A stretch of 64,000 bases of DNA, taken from positions 32,490,001 to 32,554,000 of the forward strand of contig CM119371.1 of assembly GCA_051294905.1 (NCBI GenBank), written 5' to 3'. The position numbers were made by a program, and so were the translations under genes. This stretch comes from Botryllus schlosseri. Its lineage: Eukaryota. The notes below the pieces were generated by a model, which saw only the letters and a list, made by a program, of their open reading frames with translations, did not search any database and was not told where the DNA came from. Below are positions 11,740 through 24,635 of the stretch, one piece after another; the stretch's first letter is position 1; the number at the start of each line of letters is the position of its first letter.

Positions 11740-14700
11740 ATGAATGTTGAAGTTGCCCGAATATCATCAATACGATCATCAGTTCGATCACTTTTGATCA
11801 ATTCAAACTATAGTCAGCGAGTAACACTATGAAAAGAAAAAAAATTACTCATCAACTGGAAAAGAAACAAAAAGAAATGTGATAAACATGACACCCATAA
11901 CGTCTGTGCGATGGTCGGGAACGTATGGCTCGTAAGCTATATATGGCTCTTTTAATGACACGATTTGACCTCTCAGCGAACTCTTTATTGAAGTTCTCAG
12001 TCATACGAACATGATCCTTCCTGGAAAAGGCAAAGTCCATATAATTCAATCTAGACGCTGCGTGCAGTTAATTATCTGATTATTCACTATAGCGTCTAGC
12101 ACCATGCTTTCCCGGGAAAAATAATTATCACTGTAACGTGCATAGTTTCTGTCTTCCAATGAAAGAAAATCGTATCAAATACTTGCTTTTAATTTCAACC
12201 ATTGATTCCACATCTGTATGCCGCGGGACATTAGTACGTCCGCACAGATTCTAAAGTTTGCCGTGATTTTTGTTGTAATTTTGGAGAAAAATATATTAAA
12301 AACTTTTAAAATTAGGGAGGATTGCTAGCATGCGACTTGAAAACGCTCTAACCGCTTCATGGCTGATAAACAAGTACGTTATATTACAGTGGAATCTATC
12401 ATTGCATTGTCAATGGGTTTGGTATTGTTCACGTATTGTTGAAAACCTTTGATTGGTAGTTAGTTCACTTAGAAGCAGTGAATCAAGCAATCTTACTGCA
12501 TAATATGAGCTCATTCATTTGCTAAACGTCCCGTTTTTTAGAATGCTTTTTCACGAAAATGGATGAGTTATGTCTGTCACCCTCCAAATCGTTTACCTTG
12601 GCTGCAAACGCAATCAGAATTTCATTGCGATTTATATCTTCATGAATATGTGAACATTAGTTTTAGTCTTGGCTGAAATTTTAAAAATTGCACGGGAACT
12701 GCTTGGAATTGAGGAGGAAATGCGGGTATGTTGTTCGCATAAATAAGCGTAGCCATCGCATTACCAGGTATTTTTTCTACGAAAAGCAACATTCAGGTAA
12801 ATGTTTTATACTTCTTATAGTGGGCCAAACCACAAAAAGATTGGGAACCACTGATGTAAACCAAACAAAATCGCACTGTTGGCAGACAAATTGCGTGTGC
12901 TCTGGACACCAGCTCCATACATGCTAATGCAAACGGCGATATTTCAATAAAATTCACAATCCGATTTTGTAGATTAAGATATGAACAGATTTGAATATAA
13001 ATGTTCGAGTCAATTTCATTGTTGAAAGACTGGCACACTCTATGGGTTTTTAGTACCGACAACTGATGATGACATGACTCGAATTATGGCTTTACTCTAG
13101 TAACGTTTTCGGGATGACCTGATTTGGCTCATTACACTAAAATGAGTTGACCTGACTCGAATTTCGACGAATGCATATTATTGAAGGGGTCACGAATTGG
13201 GCGCAGATGTTAGAGTCATCTTTCAAGTCATGAGCTATAATAGTGCTTTTTAACCTGTGGATGACACTTGATGGCCTAAGCGATGGGGGGCCAACCTTTT
13301 ATCTATTCACGGCCACATTACAGGGCATAACCGTAATGAACGAGCTCGACGCCAAACACCCATGTTAAAGCGTATATGACCATTTCCGGTGAACTCCGGA
13401 CTAATCTATTTCACGATATAGGTTTACTTTACGCACCGAAATATCGAGTCGTCACTGGTTATGTTAAGGGCCAGTTTATAGTCGCACAACGCGCGAAAAC
13501 AATTTCAGATTCTACGATGAATTTCGTCATTTAATTGGCAGCTTTAGATATTACTATCAAACATTTACCCTTTCTCAGCCAAATTGATCAGAATAACCGG
13601 TAAATATTTGATGCAGGGATAGTTTTCGAAAATTAAGGGCAAGTTATACATTATGATGCATCTTTGGGTGGGCCAATTGCTATTAGTCACTTTGTTATAT
13701 GCTGCTATTTCATGACCTCCAATCAGGATTGTCGATTTAGTGAGGAGCACACGATTCCGAGTTGTTATTTCCCTATGAGGCGCATCATTTTCTTCTACTG
13801 TTCACGTCTGTATTGTGGGGGTCTGATTGCAACGGGCGCTACTTTTTTTTAAATCGAAAATGAAGTCACATCGAATCGCATGTAGAGCGAAAAAATATCA
13901 AGGTTTATTCAAATCTTTCAAGAAATCGGGAGTCAATTCGTTAAATTCGAATTGCATGTCGACGGCCGCCAACACATACTAATTGAATTACGTGTCCACT
14001 AGGGTTGTCCAAAATTTGGAAAATCTCAAAAAGTTTCCGTGATTGTGTCTCATTCTATAGATTATTGATAAAAAACAACAATTAGCCTGAAAGAAGCTTA
14101 CAGGAAAGCCGTTAAGATTTCGGTCAAAGCGTTTGAAAGTAGCTGCTCAAGAATGGGCGTGCCACTGCCCATAGAACGGCGAGAAGACTAGTAATCAAAT
14201 AACCACGGCTCTTGATTGGCTAATCGGCTATGCTTCAATGACCACGGCAGCAGCAGCTTGCTGATCAGGTGTTCAAGAAGTCTGCTACCGGCGGGGATTC
14301 TGAGTGCGCATTGTTAGTAGTTTGGCAGGTGATGATTTAAGATTAATTCAGGACATGTTGAGGTACGAAATACATGATGAAGAAACAACATCTGCTTCAC
14401 AGCACTTTTACAGCATGACTGCTTCATTGTGAAGGAAACGGCTGAAGCCTACATGTCGTGTTTTCATCGAGAGAAGGCAAAGGCGCTTATGCAAGTGTTG
14501 AGCGAATTCACCGTTTCAGTACGGATCCACCATCAGTGAATACAAATATAAAAAGCTAAACAATGACAATATACTAAAATGACTTGACCTGATTCTAATT
14601 TCGACGCATGCATATTACTGAATGAGTCACGACTTGGGCGTAAATCATATATAGTCATCAACTATAATGCTTCGAAAAACCTATTGATCAACAGGCCTGC

Positions 14701-15343
14701 TATAATCCTTTATTCACTGGACTCGACTTCCGTTTACGGTTTGGATGTATGGTAAGTAGATCAGCATGCGGTGACAACCCGGATAAAGGAAACAGTATTG
14801 GCATGCCATGAACGGCCGTAATAATGGTATTGGCCAGCATTTTAATATCAATAAACCCATAACCAAAGATATATTCAATCAGGTTGATAAGAATAAAAGT
14901 TTTTCTATCAAAGCAATTTCGAAGAAATCTGATAACAATTTGCTATTTTCTCAATAACCTTTTTTTCTAGAAAAATATTTGGTAGAATCTGCAAAGTTTG
15001 CAACCATCCGGCAATTAATGATACTTTGACGGAATTATGCTCCCAGACTACTTCTAGTAAAGCATACCTTGTTAGTTGCATTTCCATCCCAACATACACA
15101 AACGACCAGATTCATTCGTACACTGAGCGATGTATCGTAATACCTCGAGAGGAGCCAGGAGAAGCCAACCAATTACACGCGAGTATGAAAAAGACTTGTA
15201 CGTATTCGAGGAACGAGAACACTTTCAAAATGAGTTATGTCGCGTATAATGGAAGAATTATGGTTCGCTACCAAGGTACCACCCTCACACAATATGTACA
15301 ACATATGCAACGGTTTATCAAGGTCTGAACCCTTAAGTTAGAC

Positions 15344-16221
15344 CAGTAGTCGGGAACCTTTTTCGTACAAAGAGCCATTTTAGCCCTATATTTTCCATTT
15401 TAACTCCCAAAGAGCCATACATGTCAATCAATTGCTACGTCACACTTTAAAATTCGTTTCGTTATGGTAGTGCAAATTCGAACTCACTACATGGGATTAG
15501 TCGTGGGCGCCATATTTTCTCTGTAAAAACTGGTAGGATACCAATCATCCTGTGATAGCACAATTCATCGTAAATAGATAGGAATTTATATTAATTGATA
15601 TTAATCTAATATAACTGTAGAACTGATTCCGAAAATCCAAATATTGTTCGACTTCTCAATTCGGCGGTGACATAAACGTTGCACTACAAGCCTACATTTT
15701 ACGGCAGTACTGGTGAGCTGCTTATCAATGAAAAACGTGGATAGCGAAGCGTTGTTTGTAATTTGGATTTGAAATTGGACTGTCATTTCCAAGGCAGTTA
15801 ATTTCTCGGCGTATAACAGGAAAACAATGTGTATTTGAAAACTAGATTGTCTTATAGGCGTTCCCATGTCTGCTATTCTCTTTGATCAACCAACGTATGG
15901 TGCCATCCAAGATTACGCAGCGTGCGATGCCGGGTATATCAAATTCGCCAGGGATATTGGTCGCTGGCGCTACAGCGATTTAAATTTGAGGATTTTGTAA
16001 ACGGTTCCGGGCCCTCAACCCTGGATACGCCAAAGTCTTGACCTCTCGAATACATGTTTATGCTGCCACGAGAATAATTATTCTGGCCGTTAAGAAAATT
16101 TACTAACAAATTGCTGCAATATCGATAAAATTAAGTGCAAAATTAAAAATATGTCAAAGAGCCATATCTTATACCCAAAAGAGCTATATATGGCTCGCGA
16201 GCCATAGGTTCCCGACTACTG
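15344..16221. mobile_element. hAT-type MITE
   Basis: Perfect 16-bp TIR CAGTAGTCGGGAACCT and perfect TSD AGTTAGAC. Confidence 0.93.
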
Positions 16222-17941
16222 AGTTAGACAATAATTGTCATTTTTAACACATACGAAATCAGGCTTAATCGTATATTATATTCGAATAAATTTCATAGTC
16301 GAAATGCTGGTATACTCTGAACTTTTTGACTAGGGACAACTGATATTACATAATTGTCGATATACAATGATCTTTTCAATTATCTATTAGTTGCTGGATA
16401 TAAGCCCCTGACGAGTGTAACCCGAATATATTCAGGTTAATATCAATATGAATATACTAGACAGTGGTATATTCTAGGTTTATGATAATTTTGTAGTTCA
16501 GACAAAATAGGCATGCTGAGTCGTACGTATCGCGGTCCAATTAGCGCATTTTCTCGGTGCCATAGACGAGATTCCATATACGAGATTCCATAATTGTGAT
16601 TGCGCTATTTTCCCAACGCAAAATAAACCTCATACCAAATTATCTGGAAAGCTGGATGAGCCTGACTGATACTGACTATGATATTCCCATGATACTCACG
16701 TAACCTACCGATATCGCTGCTGATACCGTCAATTAGTTCACTAAACACATGGCCTGTTTTTGCATTGATTTTGCAAGTGCCCCGACGCTGCACGAAACAG
16801 ACTGAAGCTGGATGTAACATAATGTAAAAACCCATGCATGGACCGCGTGAACTCGCGAGCTGCGCGTATATTGCTATGAAAATGCTGATGAAACAATGAT
16901 CAGACGATTCTTATCAGAGTAAAATTTCTACATTGGTTTGTGCCTGTAACTGTTCGAATTTACTGGTATTCCGAAGTATATGACCGGAGAAGCATGTTAA
17001 AATCAGAGATGTCCTCGGGAATTTGTCCCGCTTGCCTCTAAAGTTACATTGCTAGTGATATATGCGCGCTTCTCGTAAATGCTATTCTAGAAATACGTCA
17101 ATTTCAAAGTTAAATATGCATGCAAAAAGCCATTGTACCGCTCAGACATATGTAGAACAGCTAAACCACGAAAGTAGCTATATAGCCTCAAGCTATAATT
17201 ATAATTATCAGCCAAAATAGAGAATACGAAACCTAAAAAATTAGAAATTAATTGATGTAATGCAATACGCTGCCCAAGTAGGTTACATATCTATGAGATA
17301 CAAGTCAAGCCTGCGGCAATGGTTGACGGGTAATATATACTTATACACGATATTCAAAATATATTCAAATCAAACCAGAGGTCTAGGGGAGAATCGAGCA
17401 CTATCAGCAGTCTATAGAACAGACATGGCCGACGCCCAACTGCCCATTTCTATAAATCATGCGTATTTTTTGTTGGGAACGGGTACCCAATAATCAGATA
17501 TCAGACAATTATAAAAAATTCCTGAAAAATTTCAAAAAAATACACCATAATTTATGTTAATTGTCGAAATAATTTTGGACCCCCTTCGAGCTCGGCCCCT
17601 CCAATTGGGAGGTTTTGGTGCGAAAGTTACGGTCCTGAGTAAATCTTACGCAATGTTCATGCCACGCGGAGAAGACTATTCGTTAGTTTCTCGGAGATTA
17701 ACTTCGAGCTAGTCCAATATTATTTATAACTTACCATGTTATTTCGCCATTCCCAGAAAATAATGCGCTATTGAAATGATATCAGTATCGCTCACGCGTA
17801 CGAGGCCATACTAAAAAAATATCTTCCGTGAGGCGCACGTGATTGTGAATTCTTATTTCTTCACGGAGCGTAATAGTTACCTTTGTGGAGCACACTTATA
17901 CCTCGATTTCAGACTTCAGTGATAACACTATTTGGCCCTGA

Positions 17942-18121
17942 CAATGTTCCATCTTAATTTTCACGAATCTGCGCGCCTGCGTGATCCATTGAACAACAGT
18001 GCGCAACAACTTAAAATAAAACATCATTTCTGATTTTTGGTGCGCAGCGTAGATTTTCTGTGCGCAGACACCGTTTCAACAATGCGCATTTGCGCACGTG
18101 CGCAGCTTAGAGGGAACATTG
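17942..18121. mobile_element. Short MITE (CAATGTTCCCTCTAA family)
   Basis: Ends are CAATGTTCC and GGGAACATTG. Related copies or ends lie at 42835, 47702 and 49831-50011. Confidence 0.7.
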
Positions 18122-19711
18122 GACTTGACCCTCAAGCAATGTAAAAATAGTATTTCAACAAATACGAATCCAGGCTGCACCGTAAATTAAATTCGACTAG
18201 ATTTCATAGTCAAAATGCTGGTAGGCTATATGATCCTTTCCAATGTAGAATATACTGCAGATCGAGCTATGTGGAAAGCTGGGTGAGCCTGACTAATGCT
18301 GACTATGAGCTTCTCATAATACTCACGGTCATATAGCCTACCGATATTGTCGCTAATACCGTTAACATGCATGGCGAGCTTTTTCATCGATTTTGCAAGT
18401 CCCGCGACGATGCCTGAAACAGACTGAAGCCGGATGTAATTTAATGCTAAACCCGCACGCACGAATCACGTGAACGCGCTGCGCGTATACTATACAGCTG
18501 TGAAAATGCTGATGCATTAATGGCCAGTTCACTGAACAATGAATGCTCTTAATAGTGATATACGTGTGGCGATCAACCATTTTCGAAGTATTCTTTTTAT
18601 ATTGTGCTGTGCCTACGGTTGCAACTTACTTTTATTCCTAAGTATTTGAACAGAGAATCATATTAAAATCATAAATGTACTTTAGACTTTGTCCTGATTG
18701 CCTTTAAATTAATATTGCAAACAGTATATATATATAAATACATTAGCATAAACATTAAATATCGCGCCGTGTTCACTTGACATATTAAACCACATGATAC
18801 AACATGCACTCATTGGTTGCTAATTCTGCTGTTCTAAAATTACAATCAGTTATCATATAGCGTTTCAGATTCGTACTTTGCCGTACATTAAGCAATGATT
18901 GGAGATATTGGGCTACCAACATTGTCCACACAAAAGGGAATCAGTAGATACAATCTTATGTAGGGGAGACCGGGGACAATTGTAACACTTTTCGTATTTT
19001 CCAACATTACGTGTTTTTCTCGTGGAAATTTCACTTCCAAAGTTTTTTATAAAGAAGCCAACAACTCGATAGTTGATATGAAAACTAAATTGGAACTCAA
19101 TCAACAATAAATCATAAAAATTTTGGGTCGCAAAACTCGTTGCTCAAATGTTACAATCGCCCCGTATCCAGGGGCAATTGTACCACCCTTGCGGGGCAAT
19201 TGTAACAGTGTTATTTATAACTAAACACAAACTAAATGAACAACGAAAACGGAAGCACAAATTGTAATATTGCATGGAACTAAAGGAAGAGACGTTTGAA
19301 CGCTTCTAGGCTAAGCCCCATCGCATTTATGGCATCTGAATGCAATATCACCCTTCGTGTCTTGTTCAAGCTTAAAGTGTACAAGAGACTCATTCATTCC
19401 ATCATCTCCCTACACATATTCGACCTCTTTTACCAAGGTTCTGTTGTTCAGCGGGCATAATGGGTTGGTCATTCGGTCACCTGCGAAGGTGCGAAACCGA
19501 CCTGGCTAACATATCTTGGTTGAATGGGCCGATGATAGTATAGTAAAACGAGGACGCAACATTGTGTGGCGTCAAAGCTATAATGACATTTATCTGTGCT
19601 GTAGAAAATTAACATAAATTGTTCACATCAAATATCAAAATGTAAGTGGGCCATGATCAAAGTCAGAGGACGAGAATTAAGCCATGACTATTGAAGTTCG
19701 ACACACCAAAA

Positions 19712-19952
19712 TGTTATGTTCGTGCATTTACGTTTTAGTGTCGTACAACTCTTTCTTTCTATAGGATTAGTAATTACAGCCAATCATTCTTTCCTCGTGT
19801 GTCGTGCTTGTATTTATACCCTGTGTTCTGTTGTCTCCTCGTCTTTCATTTAACTGAACTCTGGATCGTGTTACTCTGCTGTTAATATACTGATTTCTTA
19901 TTGCAACCTCGTCGTATTGAGTTATTGATCAAACAAGATCAAGAACATAACA
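19712..19952 (+). mobile_element. Single LTR of an LTR retrotransposon (probably Gypsy-type)
   Basis: 241 bp with TG...CA termini and a 10-bp inverted repeat TGTTATGTTC / GAACATAACA. Contains a TATA-like TATTTATA. Followed after 2 nt by a tRNA-Leu primer-binding sequence. Absent from MITE copy 1. Confidence 0.85.
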
Positions 19953-19954
19953 AT

Positions 19955-19996
19955 TGGTGTCAGAAGTAGGATTCGAACCCACGCCTCCATTCGGAG
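19955..19996 (-). other. 42-nt copy of the 3' end of mature tRNA-Leu (CCA, acceptor 3' strand, T arm, long variable arm); extended PBS
   Basis: The reverse complement CTCCGAATGGAGGCGTGGGTTCGAATCCTACTTCTGACACCA resembles the 3' half of animal tRNA-Leu(CAA) plus CCA. No D arm or anticodon arm is present, so it is not a tRNA gene. Confidence 0.88.
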
Positions 19997-20749
19997 GTCG
20001 ATCAATATGAGAAAGGGTGGTTGAATCACGAAAATAACCGACCCGTCAGATTCACATCACCACTATTGTATGGCCGTTTCGACAGATGATCATGTTAGAA
20101 TTGGTATCGCAAGGCAGTATCTGTTCTGGTGAACTTCTGGCTGTTGCAAGATTATTCTGCTGTAGATGAATGGTAATACCAACATATGAACAAAGACATT
20201 CAGAATTGATAACATATTGTAACGGGGCAAAAGTAACAGAGTGTTACGATTGCCCCTGACACGCTCGACCATGATTAGTGTCTCAGTATGGTACCTTCCC
20301 GGCGATGCAAGTCCTATTCTTTCCATCACCACGGTAGACTATAGTAACATTGTTCCAGCTACACATATTACGTTGTAACTACTTGAGGTACTATTCGTCT
20401 AGACAAATTATTCCAGACCAGAAAAACTTTACTCAAGGGTCAAAAATTTCGTTTTTTGCAAATTATTCCGGGGTTACGCATCGTAGCTCAACGTAACTCC
20501 AGATATAATAGGAGAGATAACTACTGCATGCACACTTGAAATATCAAGCTGATTTCTCCATCCTACTAGCGGTGAGGTCGATTGTTACATTTGCCCCTAG
20601 TTACATTTGTCCCCGGTCTCCCCTAAATGATAATTGAGCCGACAATACCCTGATCTCCATCATAACAGTTTCAAAGCAATATTTATAGAATGTACAATGT
20701 ACACCATGGATAGAACTGTCTCAATGATTTTATATCATCGCATGTCATA

Positions 20750-22050
20750 GGAAGGTATTTGAAAGCCAATTTCGTCTATTAGAAACTCCTTTATACCAGT
20801 ATTCAAACGAACGTCTTAGCAGTGAATTTCGTCATCCACAGCCGGCGACTTCCACGCCATAACCGAGTCTGCAAAAAGTAGCTAGTATGGGAAACCTAAT
20901 ACATGCTCAAACTTGGTCAGTATCAGAACGCAGAAATGCAGTAAATACACAATGTAACAGTGCTTTTAACCTTTTTGGATACCGATTCGCCTTTTTTTTG
21001 AAATTGAAATTCGTTCGCTCAAAACAATCAAAAATTGTTATAGTTTGCATGATGTCTAGGGAAATAAGCTCCAACACGATAATGGAGAATAGGCACATTA
21101 GAGCTCGCTACCTTATGATACACATCTCAGACTTGCGTTCTGTTTTTATATTTCGATTTCCCATTTCCTGTCTCGCGAGTTAATGGAAAGAGCAAAGATC
21201 TCTCACTCGAAACTTAATAACAGTTCGAAAACCTTCAATAACCAACAACCAGCCTCTTGAACCACGAAAAAAATCAGAGATTTTGTGGCATCTCGCCGAG
21301 CCTCACACCTGAACAATATGGCAATTGTAATATTACAGTTGCATGCCACGATTTTAAGGACACGCATGACATAAACTACCGAACTTGCAGAACACAATTG
21401 TACGCAACACGAAACCTGTCTGACGCACGTGATTTCAAATAGGAGTGATTTAAATTCCCCTGCTCGTTGTATTTGTACTACTGTCCACTCAGATTGCAAG
21501 AACAGGACTTTTCAGTGCCAACTGCCGACAACAGAGCGTATCGATTTGGAAAGGCTTGGCCGCGTTTGGCACCGCATTTTATCAGCGGTATGTTGGCCAA
21601 ACTTTACATCTTCAGGTGCCCCGACAATCCGACATAGAAGGGTTTGGCTTCGAAATGAATGTGTCTCGCGCTCGTTGCACACCCCTACAGTAGTTCATCT
21701 CAACGGTCTTCGACCAAGTCTTTCAGAAAACCAGTCGTACGAATCCTATCATGAATTCATGACAAAGGTCGCAGATTCTCATGAACAAGCCATATTTTTG
21801 CGTGTCTCGATTATTGGATATAGTATGCAACAACAGTGACCCTGGATATGTAAAAATCATCGCCGGATTTTTTGCAATAAATTCAACAAATACTACATAC
21901 ATATCAATAGATAGTTCTGGTAACGTGTCGACCTATCATCATATATTCTTTGCGGCCAATACTTTAATAACCCTTGAAGGGGTGAGAATTTGCGCTGCAG
22001 CAAACTGCAAATGTGAGTCTGTAATGTTGGTACTAATCAATGAGCTCTTA
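20750..22050 (-). pseudogene. Decayed Buster/Charlie-like hAT transposase
   Basis: Minus-strand remnants LAI*VDSSTN (cf. FALQLDESTD) near 21500 and LFRCEAR (cf. LLFHTEVRWLSRG) near 21300. Homologous to the LINE-interrupted copy at 51300-53270 and, inverted, to 55480-56400. Confidence 0.55.
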
Positions 22051-23126
22051 CAATGTTGTGCAACGTTATTCTACTCAGCTAGATTGACAGTCATATATAC
22101 AACAATTTCATGGGGTTGGCAGCAGTGGCGAAGCAGCAGGTGCTGCCGCCCATGGCTTTTGTTGAAAATGCCGCCCCATAAGCCCACCGCAGCAAATTTC
22201 GACATAGTTTCAAGCACTATTTTCAATAAAAATATTTACAAATAATATGCCGCGTATCAGAAGCTCTATATTGCTTGAGAAAGAAGCCCATCTCCGCGTT
22301 TATAAGGCCAAAAACAATAATGACAAGAAATGGAGAACGAATGTATTAGTCCAGGGGCGGCCAACCCGTCACCCGCGAGAAGATTTTGAGTGGCTGGCGA
22401 AATAATTCGCGAAATTAACTGTAATATTAAATAATAAATATTCCATGTAATTTAGTACTCTTATATATATCTTCTGCTATAGGTGCAACAAAGTATGTAA
22501 TTTACTGTGAATTTGCAAGGTCCACCAAAAGTTTGATAAGCTTTACCGCGAAATTTGGGTTGGTAATGACTTGAGCATCATTTCCGACGCAATGGCGTAG
22601 CCAGGGGCCAGCCAGATTTTTCATAAGATCTTCGTATATGATCGTAAAGTAGAATATTTCGTGGTAGATTTATTTGACTCGATATTTTTATAAGCACTTA
22701 GCGCGATTTATTGTCACTCAAATTCTTGCTTATAGTACTCCCTCCTTAAAATTCACCGAATTGAGTCTGACAATACTCGCAATTATGAGAGAACGTGTCG
22801 TCCAACATCCGATTTCGCATCTGCATTTGTAGAAAGATGATACGTGATGATGAAACATTCGTACAAAATTAGACGCCTCTACGCCGGAATCTACGATATT
22901 TATATGCCTAAGCGCCGAATATTCCTGTCTTGTCAAATGAGCCCAGCGGCATACAAAGGCGACCCGCAATATATGCAAGTGGCATAGGTATTGGCCGAAC
23001 TCATTCATTATAACTTAGAAAAATGTTAGCGCTTGGCGCGGTTAGTTCACGAGCGCACTATGCACGCTGACTTTTCACGACATAATTGTTATCGATTTTG
23101 ATGCCTAGTAATATACGTCTTGTTTC

Positions 23127-23684
23127 CAGGGTTGTAATGACTCGAGTCAGACTCGAGTCACGATTTTCTGATGACTCGACTTGACTCGAGTCCTTTTCTA
23201 AAAATACGGAAATCACTTGACTCGATTCGAGTCAATCTGTGTATTGACTCGACTTGGACTCGAGTCATTGCGCATGACTCGAACCAAGTCATATGACTTG
23301 AGACCAAGACGGCCAAGACCGATATTTCATTGTGATTTCGAAGAATAGTAAAGAAACCACCCTATCGGGTCGGGACTTCGACTATTGGTACTGGTACTTA
23401 AAAAGGCGACCAGAAACTGATAAAAGTGAGGAAAATTAGTATATTACAAACGCGAACCAGTCGATATCACCAAACAGAGTTATAAAAGTGGGCTTAACAA
23501 GACTTTAACTGGAAACTAAGCAGTCAACACGATGACTTGGACTCGGACTCGAGTCACAATACCATGAGTCGGACTCGAATACCGGGTCGATGACTTGGAC
23601 TCGGTGGTGAATTGAAAATGACTCGACTTGACTCGTGTCAAAACTATAAAAGTGAGATTAACTAGTGACTCGGTTACAACCCTG
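23127..23684. mobile_element. GACTCGA-rich hAT MITE
   Basis: TIR CAGGGTTGTAA / TTACAACCCTG with TSD CTTGTTTC / CTAGTTTC (7/8). Absent from the paralog near 54340. Confidence 0.9.
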
Positions 23685-23848
23685 CTAGTTTCCGTATAGT
23701 CCGGCTCGCTCCAATCGAACGACTCAAGAAAGGTCATGAAAATTCAACATCCAAGTGGCCTGCTCAATGATTCCCAAATCTCATGTGGCCCTTTGACCGA
23801 AAAGGTTGGCGCCATGTATTGGACAAATAAAAAAAATCAATAGCCGCC

Positions 23849-24060
23849 TTAAAACTGAACTCTTCGGGCTTTCAGCGGAACGAAATCAGCGACAATATTC
23901 TAAAAATCAAGTTTTTGAACGTAGTCCATTTCTATAAAAAGAATGGATATAGGTGATAGCCGATCCTCATTCATGGTATAACGTAAATAAGACTTTATCA
24001 GTTTGAGCTTTGAGAAGCTCCTCTCAGAGCTCGCAATTGAAACACAAACGGTCAGACACA
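23849..24060 (-). pseudogene. hAT transposase C-terminal dimerisation-domain remnant (ZMYM1/Tip100-like)
   Basis: Translates as CLTVCVSIASSERSFSKLKLIKSYLRYTMNEDRLSPISILFIE. Confidence 0.8.
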
Positions 24061-24234
24061 AATGGTGTCGAATCAAGTACGCGTGATCTAACTAACCACC
24101 GTAAAACATCGAACGCTGTTGCATTACGATCAAAAGTGGTTTCACTGCTCCGCACCAGCCTCTTAAATATGTCAATTTCTTCATCTAACTCTAATTTAAC
24201 AATAGAATACTGTTTTTAACAGAAGTCTATTGTT

Positions 24235-24635
24235 GTTGTTCTTAGTATTGTACATATGATGTTCGGCTACAATGGCCTTTTACACCAGGTCTTAAGAGTC
24301 TGACAAAGCCATTAGAGTCACAACTGTCTGCCGGTGAGGATAACGAATTCAGCCACTGGTAGTAAAATACGTGGATCTGATAACAGCATTGTGAGCTGAA
24401 ACGGTATGCCTGGATTCGCCGCTGTCGTCTTCCAGTGATTACGGTGGGTCGAATAGCGTTGGCAATGAATTGAAAAGTGTTCGACCGTCTCGTCGACGTA
24501 TCGCATAAACCCATCTCGTGACATACAATTCTGCGAAGGTGCCAGTGGATTTTACAGTGGCCCGTTTGCAATCTTATCAGAATTGATGAGATTGTTCGCG
24601 AGGATATGCTGCAGCTTGGCATGATTGGCCATACA
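24235..24635 (-). mobile_element. 5'-truncated non-LTR retrotransposon (I/R1-like ORF2 C-terminus) with (CAA)n tail
   Basis: Frameshifted ILIRLQTGHCKIHWHLRRI... and DETVEHFSIHCQRYSTHR, the RLxTGH and ETxEH...C zinc-knuckle signature. Short 3' UTR and CAA tail. Flanked by ~135-bp direct repeats. Confidence 0.8.

Larger units (their letters stand above)
18963..20623. mobile_element. Tc1/mariner/pogo-type non-autonomous element, copy 2 (contains the LTR insertion)
   Basis: 17-bp TIR GGGGAGACCGGGGACAA with TA on both sides. Absent at the paralogous site near 51137. Confidence 0.93.

Noticed and set aside
10576..11832. Plus-strand and alternate-frame ORFs over the ZNF arrays (also 33694-34843)
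   Set aside because: These are shadow ORFs caused by the 84-bp periodic coding repeat.
14150..14560. GC-richer coding-like stretch
   Set aside because: Stops occur in the frames I read and I recognise no motif, so no call is supportable without a database search.
19955..19996. tRNA-Leu gene
   Set aside because: Only the 3' 42 nt are present, including CCA, and they abut an LTR. It is a primer-derived copy.
21781..22245. 154-aa ORF apparently conserved at 53046-53479
   Set aside because: The similarity comes from the segmental duplication. The frame is broken in the paralog and it lies antisense to a decayed transposase.
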